DNA of 63,926 bases, the filler included, from Barthelona sp. PAP020 (lineage: Eukaryota): assembly GCA_040182905.1 (NCBI GenBank). It is 4 parts of 4 records of this genome, joined end to end, with 100 filler letters (N's around TTAATTAATTAA, not from the genome) between each part and the next. Parts side by side here need not be neighbours in the genome. Positions count along the whole stretch, not along the records: positions 18,144 to 35,931 come from JARQWU010000235.1; positions 36,032 to 53,729 come from JARQWU010000236.1; 2 more parts are not named here. One strand, written 5' to 3'. A program made the position numbers and the translations under genes. The notes beneath the pieces are model-generated. The model was not told the DNA's origin and ran no database searches. It was given only the letters and a program-made list of their open reading frames with translations. This document shows positions 31,641 to 43,458 of this stretch, piece after piece (the stretch's first letter is position 1; the number at the start of each line of letters is the position of its first letter).

Positions 31641-32345
31641 ATGACATATGTTTTACTGGTTGGAGGAGGTTCAGCCAGTGGTAAAACGTCAGTTTCGAAC
31701 ATTATTGTTGAAGAATTACAAACTTTGGGCTTTCGGGCAATGGTTTTGTCCCAAGATAGTTTTTATAAAGAACCATCCAGTGATGCCATAAAATTAATAA
31801 AGGAAAATAAATATAATTTTGATCATCCCAATGCAATAGACTGGTCACTATTTGAAGAATGTTTAGACAGTTTAAAAAATAGAAGAGAGACCTACATTCC
31901 CCAATATGATTTTGTTACTCATTCAAGAATGGAAGAAAGAACGTTAATTCCATCTGATTCGTATGATGTTATAGTCGTTGAAGGTATTCTGGTTCTTAAT
32001 TCTGAAAAATTAAGAAGTATTTCGAAGCTTAATATTTTGGTGGATACTGATGATGATGTACGTTTGGCTCGACGTATCTTAAGAGATACGAAGGAAAGAG
32101 GTGCTACACCACAAAAATGTATTGAAAGGTATTTTGCTCATGTCAAACCTATGTATGAGAAATTCCTTGTTCCAAATAGGGTTCAAGCTGATATCATCAT
32201 TCCTCATGGTTCTATGAATGTTGCTGCTATGGGTGTAATTGTGAACCATTTGAAACAGATATTATTAGGGGATGAAACTGATTTTAAATTGGACATTGAA
32301 GATATAAACAGCTTCAGCTACAGCAGTTTATTGAGTTTTAACTAA
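31641..32345 (+). CDS. UCK: Uridine-cytidine kinase
   Basis: GGSASGKT, SQDSFYK, NFDHPNA, PQYDFVTHSR, VEGIL, RLARRILRDTKERG. The ORF is also open from an upstream ATG at 31587. Confidence 0.95.
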   Translation: MTYVLLVGGGSASGKTSVSNIIVEELQTLGFRAMVLSQDSFYKEPSSDAIKLIKENKYNFDHPNAIDWSLFEECLDSLKNRRETYIPQYDFVTHSRMEERTLIPSDSYDVIVVEGILVLNSEKLRSISKLNILVDTDDDVRLARRILRDTKERGATPQKCIERYFAHVKPMYEKFLVPNRVQADIIIPHGSMNVAAMGVIVNHLKQILLGDETDFKLDIEDINSFSYSSLLSFN

Positions 32346-32497
32346 AAATAAATATCCTGACGGTAATAAAAAATGGTTTGTTTTTACTTATTTAAATATA
32401 TGAGGTTTTTTTACAACTTCCCTTGACAAAATTTTGAAGATACACATCATGAAGTTTGGTTAAAAGGGTATAATTAAACAAATCAACATTCCATGGA

Positions 32498-35110
32498 TCA
32501 TACAGTACAAATTTCAAGTGCTACATCTAATCTGTGTCTTAATTTATCCAATTCTCTATGCATTTCAGGAGCTTGTTCTTCTAAGAAGGAAACAATACTT
32601 AACAAAGCTTCACGACGATTTTTTTGAGTGACAAAGTCCTCTTGAGCATTTTCTCTTCGAGTTTGGGAAATGACAACTTTTCCATTGGCCACAGCATTGT
32701 ATCTTTCACATCGTTTCTGTGTTCTTGATAACCTTTCCAGATTTTTTGATTTTTGTGATAGCAATTCGTGAATATGATCTTCAAGTTGAGATTGCAATGA
32801 CCCACTTTCCTGTGTAGCTTTACCTAATTCACTAATTTCAAAAGAAACTTCTTCTCTTTGTTGAGATAGGTTGTTAATTGAAGCTTCCAAATTTTTATTT
32901 TCCATTGTCAATACATCAATCCTCTTTTTTAATCTGGAAATTTCTTTATTTAGACTCTGTTGTGTGGCTGTCTTTGTATTGGTTTTTGAGGCAACTTTGG
33001 CCTTTTGATTTACTATTTTTGACTTTCTCCATATTGTATCTCTTGATTCAATCATCTGTTGCATTTTTGTCAAAAGTTCTGCTTTTTTCAACTTCAAAGC
33101 TTTGAGCCTTCTTTCCATCAATGAGATTTCGTGCCTCATTTCCTTTATTTCATTTTGACCAGTTTCTGGATCAAGCAACTCCTGGGTCTCTTTGTGTAGT
33201 TGAATTTTTCTCTCCCAAAGCAAAATTCGCTGTTCTTCCGCAATGATGTCCTGACAAACAGCATCGCGTTCTTGCATTGTTGCAGCAATTTTTTCTTCCA
33301 AGTTGGCTGTTTGGATCTCCAATTCCTTCAACTCGGCTGTAAAGCTCTGCTGAGTCGCATAATTTTCATGTGCAATTTTTTGATACTCAGTTTCCTTCTC
33401 GGTAATAATATGGTTGTAACGTGATATTGAGCGATGAATGTTCTCAATTTCGCTATTGACTTTCTTCAGAATGGCGGATTCATTTGCCAATTTTTTGTCC
33501 AAGTTAAACTGCTTGTTGGTCAAAATGATGGTTTGAGCATCTAAGTCCTGAATTGAATTGTCCAGCTGATTCGTTTGCTCCGTTAACTGAACCAAATCTG
33601 TCTGAAGTCTCAACCACAATCCTTCAATTTGGCGAGAGGTTTTTCTCGATGAATCAATATTACGCTGGAGATTTACGATTGTGGCTTCTAAGGGTCCAAG
33701 ATTCTCATCATCCCTGTCACCCAATACTTTTTCAAGTTTTTTATTCAAAAATTCGATATTGTTTTGTTTTTTAGCTATTTCATCATGTTTTCTGCGAATG
33801 ACAAGTTCAAAGCTCTTCAGAACCTTTTCTTTGTCGTCCAAAATCTTGCCTCTCTGCTGAACGACTTCCACAAATTTATTGTTGCTCTTCTTCAACTGAA
33901 TTGCATCTAAATCAACTCTGACCTCTTCATTTTGCATTTGAATGATAATGGCATTTGTTTCAACAACACGTTTTCTCAAATTCTCAATTTCAACTTGCAT
34001 GTGTTGTGCATCAGCAGTGAGAGTCATGTGATCCCCAATGAAAGACCTAATGGCATCTTCAACATCCTTAATTGCCTGAATAACCTTTTGTTCATCAAAT
34101 AAACATTTTGTCCTTTCCTTCTCAAGGGTTTTGACCTCAGCACTAATTGCTTCAATTTCAACTTCCATACCCTTCAAAGCTTCTAGTTCGTTTTGATGCT
34201 CCAGCAAAAGTTTCTCCAGATTGGCCTCAACTGCAGATTTTTGCTTTTGCAAACCAGCAATTTCCAGCTCCAACCTGTGATTTTGTCTTGATATTTGAGA
34301 AGTATCTTGCCGAACCTTGCGAATTTGAGCTTCGGTGGAACTAATCTCAGCTTCAATAACCCTCAACTCATCTGCTTGCTCAAAAATTGTATCTTCAACC
34401 TTCCTCAAATGGTCCGCTCGTTTTTGAAGAGCTAAATTGGCACTCTGCCAATGTTGGATAAGCCTTTGAGTTTCTTGATGCATAGATTTAATTTCGTCAG
34501 CTGCCTCTCGAATAGTTTCACGAGCCAAATTGGATTCCTCAGTTTGAGCCTTTAATTGAGCCTGTATCATTCCATGTTCATCATTAAGTTGAGTAAGACG
34601 TTCATCGAGCTGCAAAATACGAAGATTTTGTGCTTCCATCTCCTTTTCAACAGCCATTGTATCACTCTCTGCCTTCTTTGCAACTCTTCTGGTCAAGGCA
34701 GCCTCATTTTTGGCTGCTGCATCATACTGTTGAACTTGATTTAAACTAAGTGAGACTTTATCTAGTTCTCTTTGTAATTCAAGTTGCAATTCTTGCTTTT
34801 TTCGTAGTTTAGCAACCATTTCCTCTTGAATAATTTTGTGTTCGTCCAATTGTTTTGTCACAACGGATGATTCTTCGGCAATATCCTGAAGCTGCTCAGT
34901 TTTCAGTTCTAAATCAGTTTGTAACGTAGCAAGCTGTGTTTGAACATTATACAATAATACACCGGTGTTTTCTTTCGCTTGAATCGCACGATTTAAAAGA
35001 TTCTTTTTTTCCCGCAATTCAGTTTCAACTTCCTCAAGTTGGCTCGTTAATTGTACCTTAAGTCCCTGTTGCAAAGGTTCAAACAAGTGGGGGTCAATCT
35101 CGGGTTCCAT
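32498..35110 (-). CDS. CCDC40: Axonemal 96-nm ruler protein CCDC40
   Basis: DPHLFEPLQ, GVLLYNVQTQLA, LGPLEATI, ILLWERKIQL, DPETGQNEIKEMRHEI. Confidence 0.9.
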   Translation of the reverse strand: MEPEIDPHLFEPLQQGLKVQLTSQLEEVETELREKKNLLNRAIQAKENTGVLLYNVQTQLATLQTDLELKTEQLQDIAEESSVVTKQLDEHKIIQEEMVAKLRKKQELQLELQRELDKVSLSLNQVQQYDAAAKNEAALTRRVAKKAESDTMAVEKEMEAQNLRILQLDERLTQLNDEHGMIQAQLKAQTEESNLARETIREAADEIKSMHQETQRLIQHWQSANLALQKRADHLRKVEDTIFEQADELRVIEAEISSTEAQIRKVRQDTSQISRQNHRLELEIAGLQKQKSAVEANLEKLLLEHQNELEALKGMEVEIEAISAEVKTLEKERTKCLFDEQKVIQAIKDVEDAIRSFIGDHMTLTADAQHMQVEIENLRKRVVETNAIIIQMQNEEVRVDLDAIQLKKSNNKFVEVVQQRGKILDDKEKVLKSFELVIRRKHDEIAKKQNNIEFLNKKLEKVLGDRDDENLGPLEATIVNLQRNIDSSRKTSRQIEGLWLRLQTDLVQLTEQTNQLDNSIQDLDAQTIILTNKQFNLDKKLANESAILKKVNSEIENIHRSISRYNHIITEKETEYQKIAHENYATQQSFTAELKELEIQTANLEEKIAATMQERDAVCQDIIAEEQRILLWERKIQLHKETQELLDPETGQNEIKEMRHEISLMERRLKALKLKKAELLTKMQQMIESRDTIWRKSKIVNQKAKVASKTNTKTATQQSLNKEISRLKKRIDVLTMENKNLEASINNLSQQREEVSFEISELGKATQESGSLQSQLEDHIHELLSQKSKNLERLSRTQKRCERYNAVANGKVVISQTRRENAQEDFVTQKNRREALLSIVSFLEEQAPEMHRELDKLRHRLDVALEICTV

Positions 35111-35400
35111 TGAAGAAATTAAAAAATAAAAATCGTCTTTTTCTTTTCTCTTTCAAAAATATATTGAAAAGAAAGAAAAAATGGTGAAATAGTATTGATT
35201 ACATATGCTTATATTATCGACGAAAAGTTAAAAAAATGGGCATTTCAAAAAGACAAAATATTATATGCTTTGAGATCAATAGAATATTTAATACTTGGGA
35301 AAATATTGTTTTACATATTTAAAGAATTCAAAACTTTGTTCTAATTACAATTACGGACCTTATAACAGACTGTTTTATTGATTTAAATTTATGTTTTAAT

Positions 35401-35931
35401 ATGACTGATGGCCCCAAATTAACGTTAAAATTGGTACCAATAATCAAAGACAAGCAAAAATTTTTACGGAAAACAACAGCACCGAATGTTCAAAAACCAA
35501 TAAACTTGCAAACAAAACTCAAATCTTCAAATTTAATGCCGTATGATGATAATATTCTTATTAAAAAATGCACTGGATCATTTAAAGATTATTTTTTGAC
35601 AATAGCTGCAATTGAAGCTTTGTTCAAAATTTCTTTAACTGATCAACCTTTTTTAAATATTCACTATGATATTGAATTGATAAAATTATACCCTGCTTCT
35701 TATATAAACATAAAACGACAATTAAACCATTTGATAAATGATAAATATGTGTTAAGAAAGGTTTTGGATGGACTAATTTATTCAATATTGCGAGAATTAT
35801 CTCAAGTTAAATCTTTTCAAGCATATAAATTTATATTTTGTGAAAAACCTTCAGATATCACGCACGTTGAAAATATTTTTTGTGAAAATAATTGTTTGGA
35901 GGAATGGAATGAGGTTTTTGGGAGGGTACAA
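35401..35931 (+). CDS. Unknown protein, 3'-truncated by the linker
   Basis: Open from ATG 35401 into the gap. Confidence 0.6.
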
Positions 35932-36031
35932 NNNNNNNNNNNNNNNNNNNNNNNNNNNNNNNNNNNNNNNNNNNNTTAATTAATTAANNNNNNNNNNNNN
36001 NNNNNNNNNNNNNNNNNNNNNNNNNNNNNNN
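35932..36031. other. Artificial contig linker
   Basis: 44N-TTAATTAATTAA-44N. Confidence 0.95.
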
Positions 36032-36584
36032 CCCTTCTTGCCAATAAATTTTGATTGTTCTTCTCTGGGTTTCCTTGATGAAACCTTGTAATTCCTTGCT
36101 AACCTACTATGCACACTTGTATCCTTATTACCCTGAATCATTTGATTCTTTGTTGTTATTTCACTTTCAATTTTGACGTCCATTAATATCAGAAATTGTA
36201 AGAAGAAACCTTAACCACATTTATATTGTATTTTACGTGAAATCTGTCCGCTTTGCTACAAAAGCTTTTTGCTCTTATGGTTGATCTTTGAATTGTTTCT
36301 TTCTTCTTGAAAGACAAATACCTTTGTTCAACCTGGTTTACCATCTTATTCCAAAATGCTTATTAGACACCAAAGCAAAAGTTCTTATTAATTTTACATT
36401 GTTTTACCCAACAATATGAACAAAATAAATGAAGAATAGGTTATTATCTGATTTTCTGAAAATCTGTCTGTTATCTTTTTTAAAAATAAGAGTCAGAGTT
36501 GGAAAAAGACTTTGAAGATAGATTAAAAAAATCTGAAGAAAGAGGGAAAATCTAAAATTGGCAAGCTTTTTTTTTTCAAGAAAA

Positions 36585-37484
36585 ATGGCTGTTATCGAAT
36601 TAAAACAGAATACCAATGATTTAAATGAAGAAAATAAAACAAATGAAAAGGTACATAAGGAAGAAATTGAAACAAAGGAATATTCCCAAAAATATATAAC
36701 ATTTGCATCAAGTTTACCGGTTTTTGCAGGTCTTATTGCTGGTATAGGGTTAACTATGACTTGTTTTCTTGCAGTTATCAATAATCAAGTAAATTATCCT
36801 TTTACAATCAGTGAAGCTGGTTGTTTACCACCCGCTATTCAAGTATTTGCAACATGTTTGATTATATCAGGAATATTATTAGCTTGTTTTTCTTATGTAA
36901 TTTTTCGAAAGACAGATATAGTCAGTCAAAATAATAAGTATCTTTGTTTTTGGTGTTGTTTTTTTGCTGGGATTTTTCAAATAGGAATTGGGATAGTTAC
37001 TACGCCAGTTAGCCAATTTGGTCATATATTTTTTGCGATGCTCAGTTGGTTGTTTACCAGTATCTTTTTCATTGTAATTGACATTGAGCAACAGAAAATT
37101 CAAGCAAAAAGGGTGAAATTCAGGAGAGGTATGATATGGACATTCTTTGTTGGGATGTTTTTTTTCTATGTTTTGTCAATTCCTGAATTCGTTTTGGGTC
37201 AAGATCAGTATCAGTCCCGAATCGTTTATTGGACCTTATTTATTTCTGATATTGGTGAATATAGTCAATTTGCTGCCCAATTACTGTTTATCTCTTCTTT
37301 ATCTATTGATGTTCGCCTTTATTTTAACCAATATAACAATGAAAATAAAAGAGGAAAGGATATTCAAGTTGATTTGCCTAAAGTTTTGAAAAGGACAAAC
37401 ACATCTCCTGTTGAAATCAATGTGCAATGTGATGAGTCTACGACTGTTTCCAAAACACCAACAAACGAATCGGAGTTGCAATAA
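36585..37484 (+). CDS. Frag1/DRAM/Sfk1-family membrane protein
   Basis: About six TM helices, with PFTISEAGCLPP, HIFFA and GEYSQ motifs. Confidence 0.8.
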   Translation: MAVIELKQNTNDLNEENKTNEKVHKEEIETKEYSQKYITFASSLPVFAGLIAGIGLTMTCFLAVINNQVNYPFTISEAGCLPPAIQVFATCLIISGILLACFSYVIFRKTDIVSQNNKYLCFWCCFFAGIFQIGIGIVTTPVSQFGHIFFAMLSWLFTSIFFIVIDIEQQKIQAKRVKFRRGMIWTFFVGMFFFYVLSIPEFVLGQDQYQSRIVYWTLFISDIGEYSQFAAQLLFISSLSIDVRLYFNQYNNENKRGKDIQVDLPKVLKRTNTSPVEINVQCDESTTVSKTPTNESELQ

Positions 37485-37682
37485 ATAAATATATATATAT
37501 GTTTTTTTTTTTGTTTTGAGTTGTGCCTTAAAAATAAATAAAAAAAAGGAAAGAGAAGATGTTATATGAATTTACATTTTGATTGAATTTTCTCTATTCA
37601 AAAAAGACTCCAAAAGAACAAAAAGTTAGAGGAATGTTTAATGAAATGCAACATAAACAAAACAAAAAAGAGAAAAGTGCTT

Positions 37683-38207
37683 TTAAGAGCAAATTTGACT
37701 GAAATTAATTAATTTTTGGCCATTTTTTGATCGACAAGCGTTAATTTCAACCATGTAACGTTTAATTTGAATATCATCAATTTTTTTTCGATAAAGTATA
37801 TTATACTCTTGTATCATTTTTTCATTATGAGCAATAATTTGTTGATTTTCATCGTTCCAACTGTTTGTGATGTTCTTTCCAACTTCTTTGGCTAAAATAA
37901 ATTGTCTTTGAGTAAAAGTGTGTGGTTCATTTCTATTGATATGTTCATGTTTTCTATTTCTTTCAAATGTTTGATTTAAATGATTTTGATAAGATGGTGT
38001 GATAAAAGCTTCAGAGATATCCCCACTGCTCTTTATATTTCTGATTAAAGCTTCTTTTTTTCTTTGATTTTGTGCGATTTGTCTTTTTTTTGCAGCTTTT
38101 CTCAAATCATTGATAATGGTAGATTGTTGTTTTTGTTTTTCAAAAATATCTTCCATTGGTTCCAAAGCATCCAAATCAAATTCCTCATCACTTTCATCAA
38201 AATTCAT
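37683..38207 (-). CDS. NSRP1/CCDC55 (DUF2040)-like protein
   Basis: IINDLRKAAKKRQ...EAFITPSY resembles the DUF2040 core. Start taken at MNFDESD. Confidence 0.5.
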   Translation of the reverse strand: MNFDESDEEFDLDALEPMEDIFEKQKQQSTIINDLRKAAKKRQIAQNQRKKEALIRNIKSSGDISEAFITPSYQNHLNQTFERNRKHEHINRNEPHTFTQRQFILAKEVGKNITNSWNDENQQIIAHNEKMIQEYNILYRKKIDDIQIKRYMVEINACRSKNGQKLINFSQICS

Positions 38208-38387
38208 TGGATAATAACAATATTTTTGATATGATATTTTTTTCTTTTGACAATTATTCAAAAGAATTTTGTCATTGATATGTAAAATAAAAAATTGTTT
38301 GTTGTTAATAATAAGAATAAAATATTTAATTGAATTCAAAATGAAAAAAATTGTTTTTATTTGTTAAATAATATATTGATTTTATGA

Positions 38388-40553
38388 ATGGATATCGAGG
38401 AAGAAACACCATTATTTGAAATTCCAAAAGTAGGAATTGAAGATGAAAATACAAATGAAGAAGAGAATAATATTGATTATCAACATAAAGAGAGATATTT
38501 TGATTTAAAATATCTTGAGAAACAATTAGAAGAAGCTAATGAACAGCTTAATAGTAAAAATTTGTTATTGGAAGAAATTTCTTTATGGATAAATGACGTT
38601 ATTCACGAAAATGTTTTAACTGATGATGAGCATTCAAATTCTATTATTGAACTTGGCCAAAAAATAAATGAAATACAGTTTGAGCTTAGCAAACATGATT
38701 TAAATTCTAAATTAAATAATTATGACATTAATAGGATAAATCTTTATGACTGTGAGGTTTTAAAGCTTGAAGACAAGTTAAATTCTATTCCAGTATTAAA
38801 TGTTGAGTTGATTGATAATTTTATCAAAAGATTTGAGATTATTCTGGCAAATAGTAAGGATATTACTTCTGGCATTGCAAGAGGGGGAAGTATGATAGAA
38901 TTTTGTTTCAAACCTCTTTTTCAAATGATTAAACCTGTGTTTTTGACGTTTGCTACAACGAATCGAGCATTATGTGAATTATTTGCTGAATTTCTTTTGA
39001 AGTTTATTGATAGTGAGAAAAGTAAGTTACATTATCGAGAATATTTGAAAATTTTAATTGAAACTTTTCAAAATGTTCAATTGCCTTTACCTGATTTCAT
39101 AGCAAATCAGACTTTGGAAGCTGAGTTTGTACAGACTTTGGATGATTTTGATCAAACCTTACAAACAACATCTAATCTTCTTTTATCAAATGTAGGACCA
39201 TCAAAAGATGAAATTATTGGTACATTTAATGGAATCAAGCAAATTTTTGAAGATTTCATTAATTCTCAGACGCAACAGGAGGATCAAACTTGTAAGAAAC
39301 AAATTTTTATGAGATCGATTGAAGATAAGAGATTTGATGAAAGATTTGAAGAACAATTGAATAATATTGCTGAATTAAAGCAGAAAAATCATGAGATGCA
39401 AGAAGAATTGAAGAAGAATCGAGCATTTACAAGAAATTTGCGAGAAACAATGCTTAAAAATAAAAAAGATCTGAAAAGTGCTACAGACTCAATCAATTCT
39501 CTAAATGAATCGTTAGCCCAAAAGGATGACCTGATTGATACATACAAACGACAAATAAAGAGCTCAAAGAGATTAATCGAAGGTTTGAGACTTGAATTGC
39601 AACAAAAAGATTTTGGTTTGGACCAAAAGCATCAAGCTCAAATGTCTTTAGATGATCAATTAGAAGAAAACATTGGTGATGACATTCGATTTGTTGAAAG
39701 TGAAAATGAAATTGATTCGTCAATTGAAGAGCAAGACGAAGAAACCAATATTGATATATTGGAAGCAGAAAAGAAAAAGGCAACTCTTTTGCAAAGCAAA
39801 ATCAGTTTTGAAAAAAATTTTTCTGTTCATAAATCAGATGTTTTCCGTGGTAGCGGCAGTACCAGTGGTAATTTTGAAACTCCTAATTTTCAAGCATTAA
39901 TGTCGACCCATTCTTTTTCTCAAGTGTTACCTCATTCGCTTCAACATCAACATACAGTTGGACACACACATACACATAATATCACACAAAACAAACCGGA
40001 TATTGCATATCTGAAGAGGATGATTGGTAATCTTCAAGCACAAAATCATGATTTGGCTATGTTTGTTAAAACGCAAGATTCGGACAATAAAGCTTTAATT
40101 GAGAAGTATCGACAAAAGGTTGATTGTTTGGAAGAAGAAATTTTCATGAAAAATAAAGAAATTGAAGATATTATGATTGAAAAAGATCAATTAAGGGCTC
40201 AATTGATTTCTGTTGATGAATTAAAGCGAATTGAGATAGATCAACATGAAATTATTATTGCTTCACTGAAAGACGAATTTGAAAAGGCAAATTTGAAGAT
40301 TCAAGCATTAGAAAAAGATATTTTTGATTCTGTTCAATATAAGTCATTTACAGATGTATTTGCTCCATTAAATGAAACGTTGACTGAATTAAAGAATGAA
40401 ATTGAGGGTAAAAAAATGTATTTATCGAAGAACATTCAGAGAATTGACAGTTCAATTTATCAAAAAGAAAAAAGATTGGGGAAATATCTTCATGCTTTGT
40501 TGGAACAAATTGAACTGTTGAAAAAAAAAGTTGTAAATGAGTTTGTTGTTTGA
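38388..40553 (+). CDS. Coiled-coil protein, unknown function
   Basis: 721-aa heptad-rich ORF. Confidence 0.75.
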   Translation: MDIEEETPLFEIPKVGIEDENTNEEENNIDYQHKERYFDLKYLEKQLEEANEQLNSKNLLLEEISLWINDVIHENVLTDDEHSNSIIELGQKINEIQFELSKHDLNSKLNNYDINRINLYDCEVLKLEDKLNSIPVLNVELIDNFIKRFEIILANSKDITSGIARGGSMIEFCFKPLFQMIKPVFLTFATTNRALCELFAEFLLKFIDSEKSKLHYREYLKILIETFQNVQLPLPDFIANQTLEAEFVQTLDDFDQTLQTTSNLLLSNVGPSKDEIIGTFNGIKQIFEDFINSQTQQEDQTCKKQIFMRSIEDKRFDERFEEQLNNIAELKQKNHEMQEELKKNRAFTRNLRETMLKNKKDLKSATDSINSLNESLAQKDDLIDTYKRQIKSSKRLIEGLRLELQQKDFGLDQKHQAQMSLDDQLEENIGDDIRFVESENEIDSSIEEQDEETNIDILEAEKKKATLLQSKISFEKNFSVHKSDVFRGSGSTSGNFETPNFQALMSTHSFSQVLPHSLQHQHTVGHTHTHNITQNKPDIAYLKRMIGNLQAQNHDLAMFVKTQDSDNKALIEKYRQKVDCLEEEIFMKNKEIEDIMIEKDQLRAQLISVDELKRIEIDQHEIIIASLKDEFEKANLKIQALEKDIFDSVQYKSFTDVFAPLNETLTELKNEIEGKKMYLSKNIQRIDSSIYQKEKRLGKYLHALLEQIELLKKKVVNEFVV

Positions 40554-40808
40554 TTTTTTTTTTTTAATATTTCCTTTATGCAAAAAGTTGTATGAAATAA
40601 TGTATGAAACACTTCTTTTTGAAGGAAAAAACGAATGAAGAGGAAAGAAAGAATTCAGCATCAAAGGAAAAAAATGGAAAAAAAATAAAAAAAGTTTAAA
40701 CAGTTGTTTGATCACAAAACCTTGTTTAATCGTTTGGTTTAATATTTACTTTAAAACTGAACAAAAAGTGGAATAAAAAGGAAAATAGAAAAATTTATTG
40801 TTTTATTA

Positions 40809-43076
40809 TCAGCATAAACTGAAGGAATTTTGTTGTAAAACAGGACTATTGATAAGAATGTCCAAATTTTCAAACCCTTCATTTATTAATTTGTCAGCTT
40901 GTGCCAAAACGATTGCATTATTCTGTTTTAAAGTTGGATTTGCAATAAAATTTGAATTTTCATCAAATTGTTCAATAACAAAGGGCAATTGTTGCTTAAA
41001 TACGTCTTCTTTATCCTTACCCTTATTGATTTGAGTTTGATTCACAACAAATTTCTGATCTGAAGAAACATCATTTGATTCTAATGAAGTTTCAGCATAT
41101 TTGTTTTGTTTTTTTTGATGCTTAGATCGATTGTATAATCGATCAAAAACATCATCATTGTGCTCATTCTTTTTGGGTTCATATTTGTCATGTTTACAAG
41201 TCCGGTGAGTTTTTGAATTCACATCCATAGAATTCATCATGTAAATTTCATCATCATCGTTTAATGTACCAATAGGTGCCAATTTTGGACTGTCATACTT
41301 ATGTTTGTGAATAGGGGAATGATCAGAGGATGATTCCAGAAACTCTTGATCATTCAAGAATTCCTCAACTTGAGTACGATCACATGAATCAATTGAAAAA
41401 TCATTGAAAGTATCAAAGAAAGGGTTTTGAGCTGAATACAATAAAATTGATGATCTAGGAGAATTGATTTGAGGAGAATGCAAGTCTAAATAACTGTTTT
41501 TACTGGAGGCTCTTCTTTTTTGATCAAGATCAACGGAAGTATTCTTGAAATCAACAGGCGAAGGAGGGGGAATAAAAGATTCCTCTGCAAAATCATTATC
41601 AAAAGCCTTTCCAATAACATCTAAATTATCATTGATTTGGTGATTCTTTAAGTCATCCAACATATCCACCAATTCATACTCATATTCGTCATTCTTATTG
41701 GGACTGGAGGTAAATATATCATTTTTATTTTGCAAAGATTGTGGGTGTCGAGTGGGTTGCAATTTCTTTTCTGTAGCAGGAGCAGAACTAATGCCTAACT
41801 CTTTGATTTGATGTAATTGTGAGTTTTTGGGGCTTTTAGTGTTCGATTCTGCAGTCTTCGTCGTGGAATCAATGTTGGTTCTTTCACTTCTATTTTTAGC
41901 ATTCTCGAATAAATGCTGTTCTTTTGAATTTACAGAAAAAGAAGTTTCTGTTTTCTTTTCAACATCAAAAATAGAGGTTCTTTCGGAATATCTGGAAAAA
42001 TCCAGACTGCTGGGAGATTTGAAAGAGGTTGATTTCTTTTTCGCTTGATTCTTCTGGTCATTTATGTATGTTTCTGTTTTTACAATATCTGCATCACCCT
42101 TAGAATGTGTATTTGTTGAAGTTGAAGTTGTTAAAGTTGGTTTTGTTCTTGTCTTTGTTACATTCAAAGGAGTGTGAGTATGTGAAGATGAATGTGAATT
42201 TTCGACAAGCAATTGATTATTATCGGGCATGTTTGAACTGTTTAAGCTGTTATCGTCTATATTATCTTCAAAGCTTTCAATTAATAGTTTTTGAGCAGGT
42301 TGTTCATTGGGGGAATTATCAACATTTGTCAAAATCAAATCCTTTATTTCAGAAGATAAATGGTTAAGCTCATTAGACATCTTAAAAATATCTGCTTCTA
42401 AATGCAACAAATTGGAAACATTGTTTTCCCATTTTCGCGGTAAACCTTTCTCCATTTCATTTTTCTTTGGACTCTTTTTGATGGTTTGACTGGTGCTGCT
42501 TGTATTTTGATTTTGTAAAGTGTTCTTTTTGGGCTTTTTTTCATGATTTTCGTTTTCAGGCATTGTTAACTTAAAAGATAGAATTTTATCTTCTTTAACA
42601 CTATTGATATCTGCTTCAACCAAATAGATATCAGATGGTGTTGGTGACAGCTTTTCAGGCAATAAAAACATAGGAGGTGAATGAGTAACATCTTGATGAT
42701 TGTTATTTTGAACAATTTGAACAATTTGAACTCCTTCATCAGATTCATCAGCATAAATGTGAGAATTCTTTTTATTTTCATCATTAGATTCAACACAACT
42801 ATTTAATTCATCCAATAACATTGTTTTGTCAAGAGAATTGGTTTCAACCAAAAAAATATCATCCGCATTGTGAAATTCTTCCATTGGACCTTTAAAATAG
42901 TTAATTGACTCTAAAATTTGTTGATAAGCATTGTGATTAATCGAAATAGTTAATGACTCATCATCAAATTTGGTATATTCATTCAAAACTCTTAATTTTC
43001 TATTGAATATTCTTCCATATATTGTTGTACTTAGAATAAATACAATTCCAATACACAATAAATACAATAGGATCAT
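40809..43076 (-). CDS. N-terminally anchored low-complexity protein
   Basis: 755-aa ORF with a hydrophobic first 20 aa and an S/T/N-rich remainder. Confidence 0.75.
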   Translation of the reverse strand: MILLYLLCIGIVFILSTTIYGRIFNRKLRVLNEYTKFDDESLTISINHNAYQQILESINYFKGPMEEFHNADDIFLVETNSLDKTMLLDELNSCVESNDENKKNSHIYADESDEGVQIVQIVQNNNHQDVTHSPPMFLLPEKLSPTPSDIYLVEADINSVKEDKILSFKLTMPENENHEKKPKKNTLQNQNTSSTSQTIKKSPKKNEMEKGLPRKWENNVSNLLHLEADIFKMSNELNHLSSEIKDLILTNVDNSPNEQPAQKLLIESFEDNIDDNSLNSSNMPDNNQLLVENSHSSSHTHTPLNVTKTRTKPTLTTSTSTNTHSKGDADIVKTETYINDQKNQAKKKSTSFKSPSSLDFSRYSERTSIFDVEKKTETSFSVNSKEQHLFENAKNRSERTNIDSTTKTAESNTKSPKNSQLHQIKELGISSAPATEKKLQPTRHPQSLQNKNDIFTSSPNKNDEYEYELVDMLDDLKNHQINDNLDVIGKAFDNDFAEESFIPPPSPVDFKNTSVDLDQKRRASSKNSYLDLHSPQINSPRSSILLYSAQNPFFDTFNDFSIDSCDRTQVEEFLNDQEFLESSSDHSPIHKHKYDSPKLAPIGTLNDDDEIYMMNSMDVNSKTHRTCKHDKYEPKKNEHNDDVFDRLYNRSKHQKKQNKYAETSLESNDVSSDQKFVVNQTQINKGKDKEDVFKQQLPFVIEQFDENSNFIANPTLKQNNAIVLAQADKLINEGFENLDILINSPVLQQNSFSLC

Positions 43077-43458
43077 GCAAATAAGGTAAATATTTCAGAG
43101 ATAATGGTTGGTGTTTTGCTTCTTTTCTTTTTTAATTTAATTCTTTTTTTTAAGAAAAATCTATTATTTATTTATATTAAATAACTTTTATTGAATAAAA
43201 TCAGAATTTCCGAAAAATTATTTTGTTTTTCAACAATTGTAGTTTCAATGATTTTAGTAATTCTTTTTGGAATAATTATTTGTTGGTTTGGATTTTGATT
43301 GTAAAATATGATTCAGAAACAATTTAGAATACCGTTATTTGGATATTTCAAAAAAATAAAGAGTTATGCAGGCATTCAAAATGTTCCTGTCAGTTTCTTG
43401 CAAATTAAAAATAAATGTGGAGAAAAAATAATGTCAACTATTTACAATAAAGAACATA

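Noticed and set aside
43367..43375. Near-copy ATGCCTGCA (- strand) of the promoter motif
   Set aside because: It has one mismatch and lies about 290 nt from the next ATG, outside the 30-41 nt spacing.
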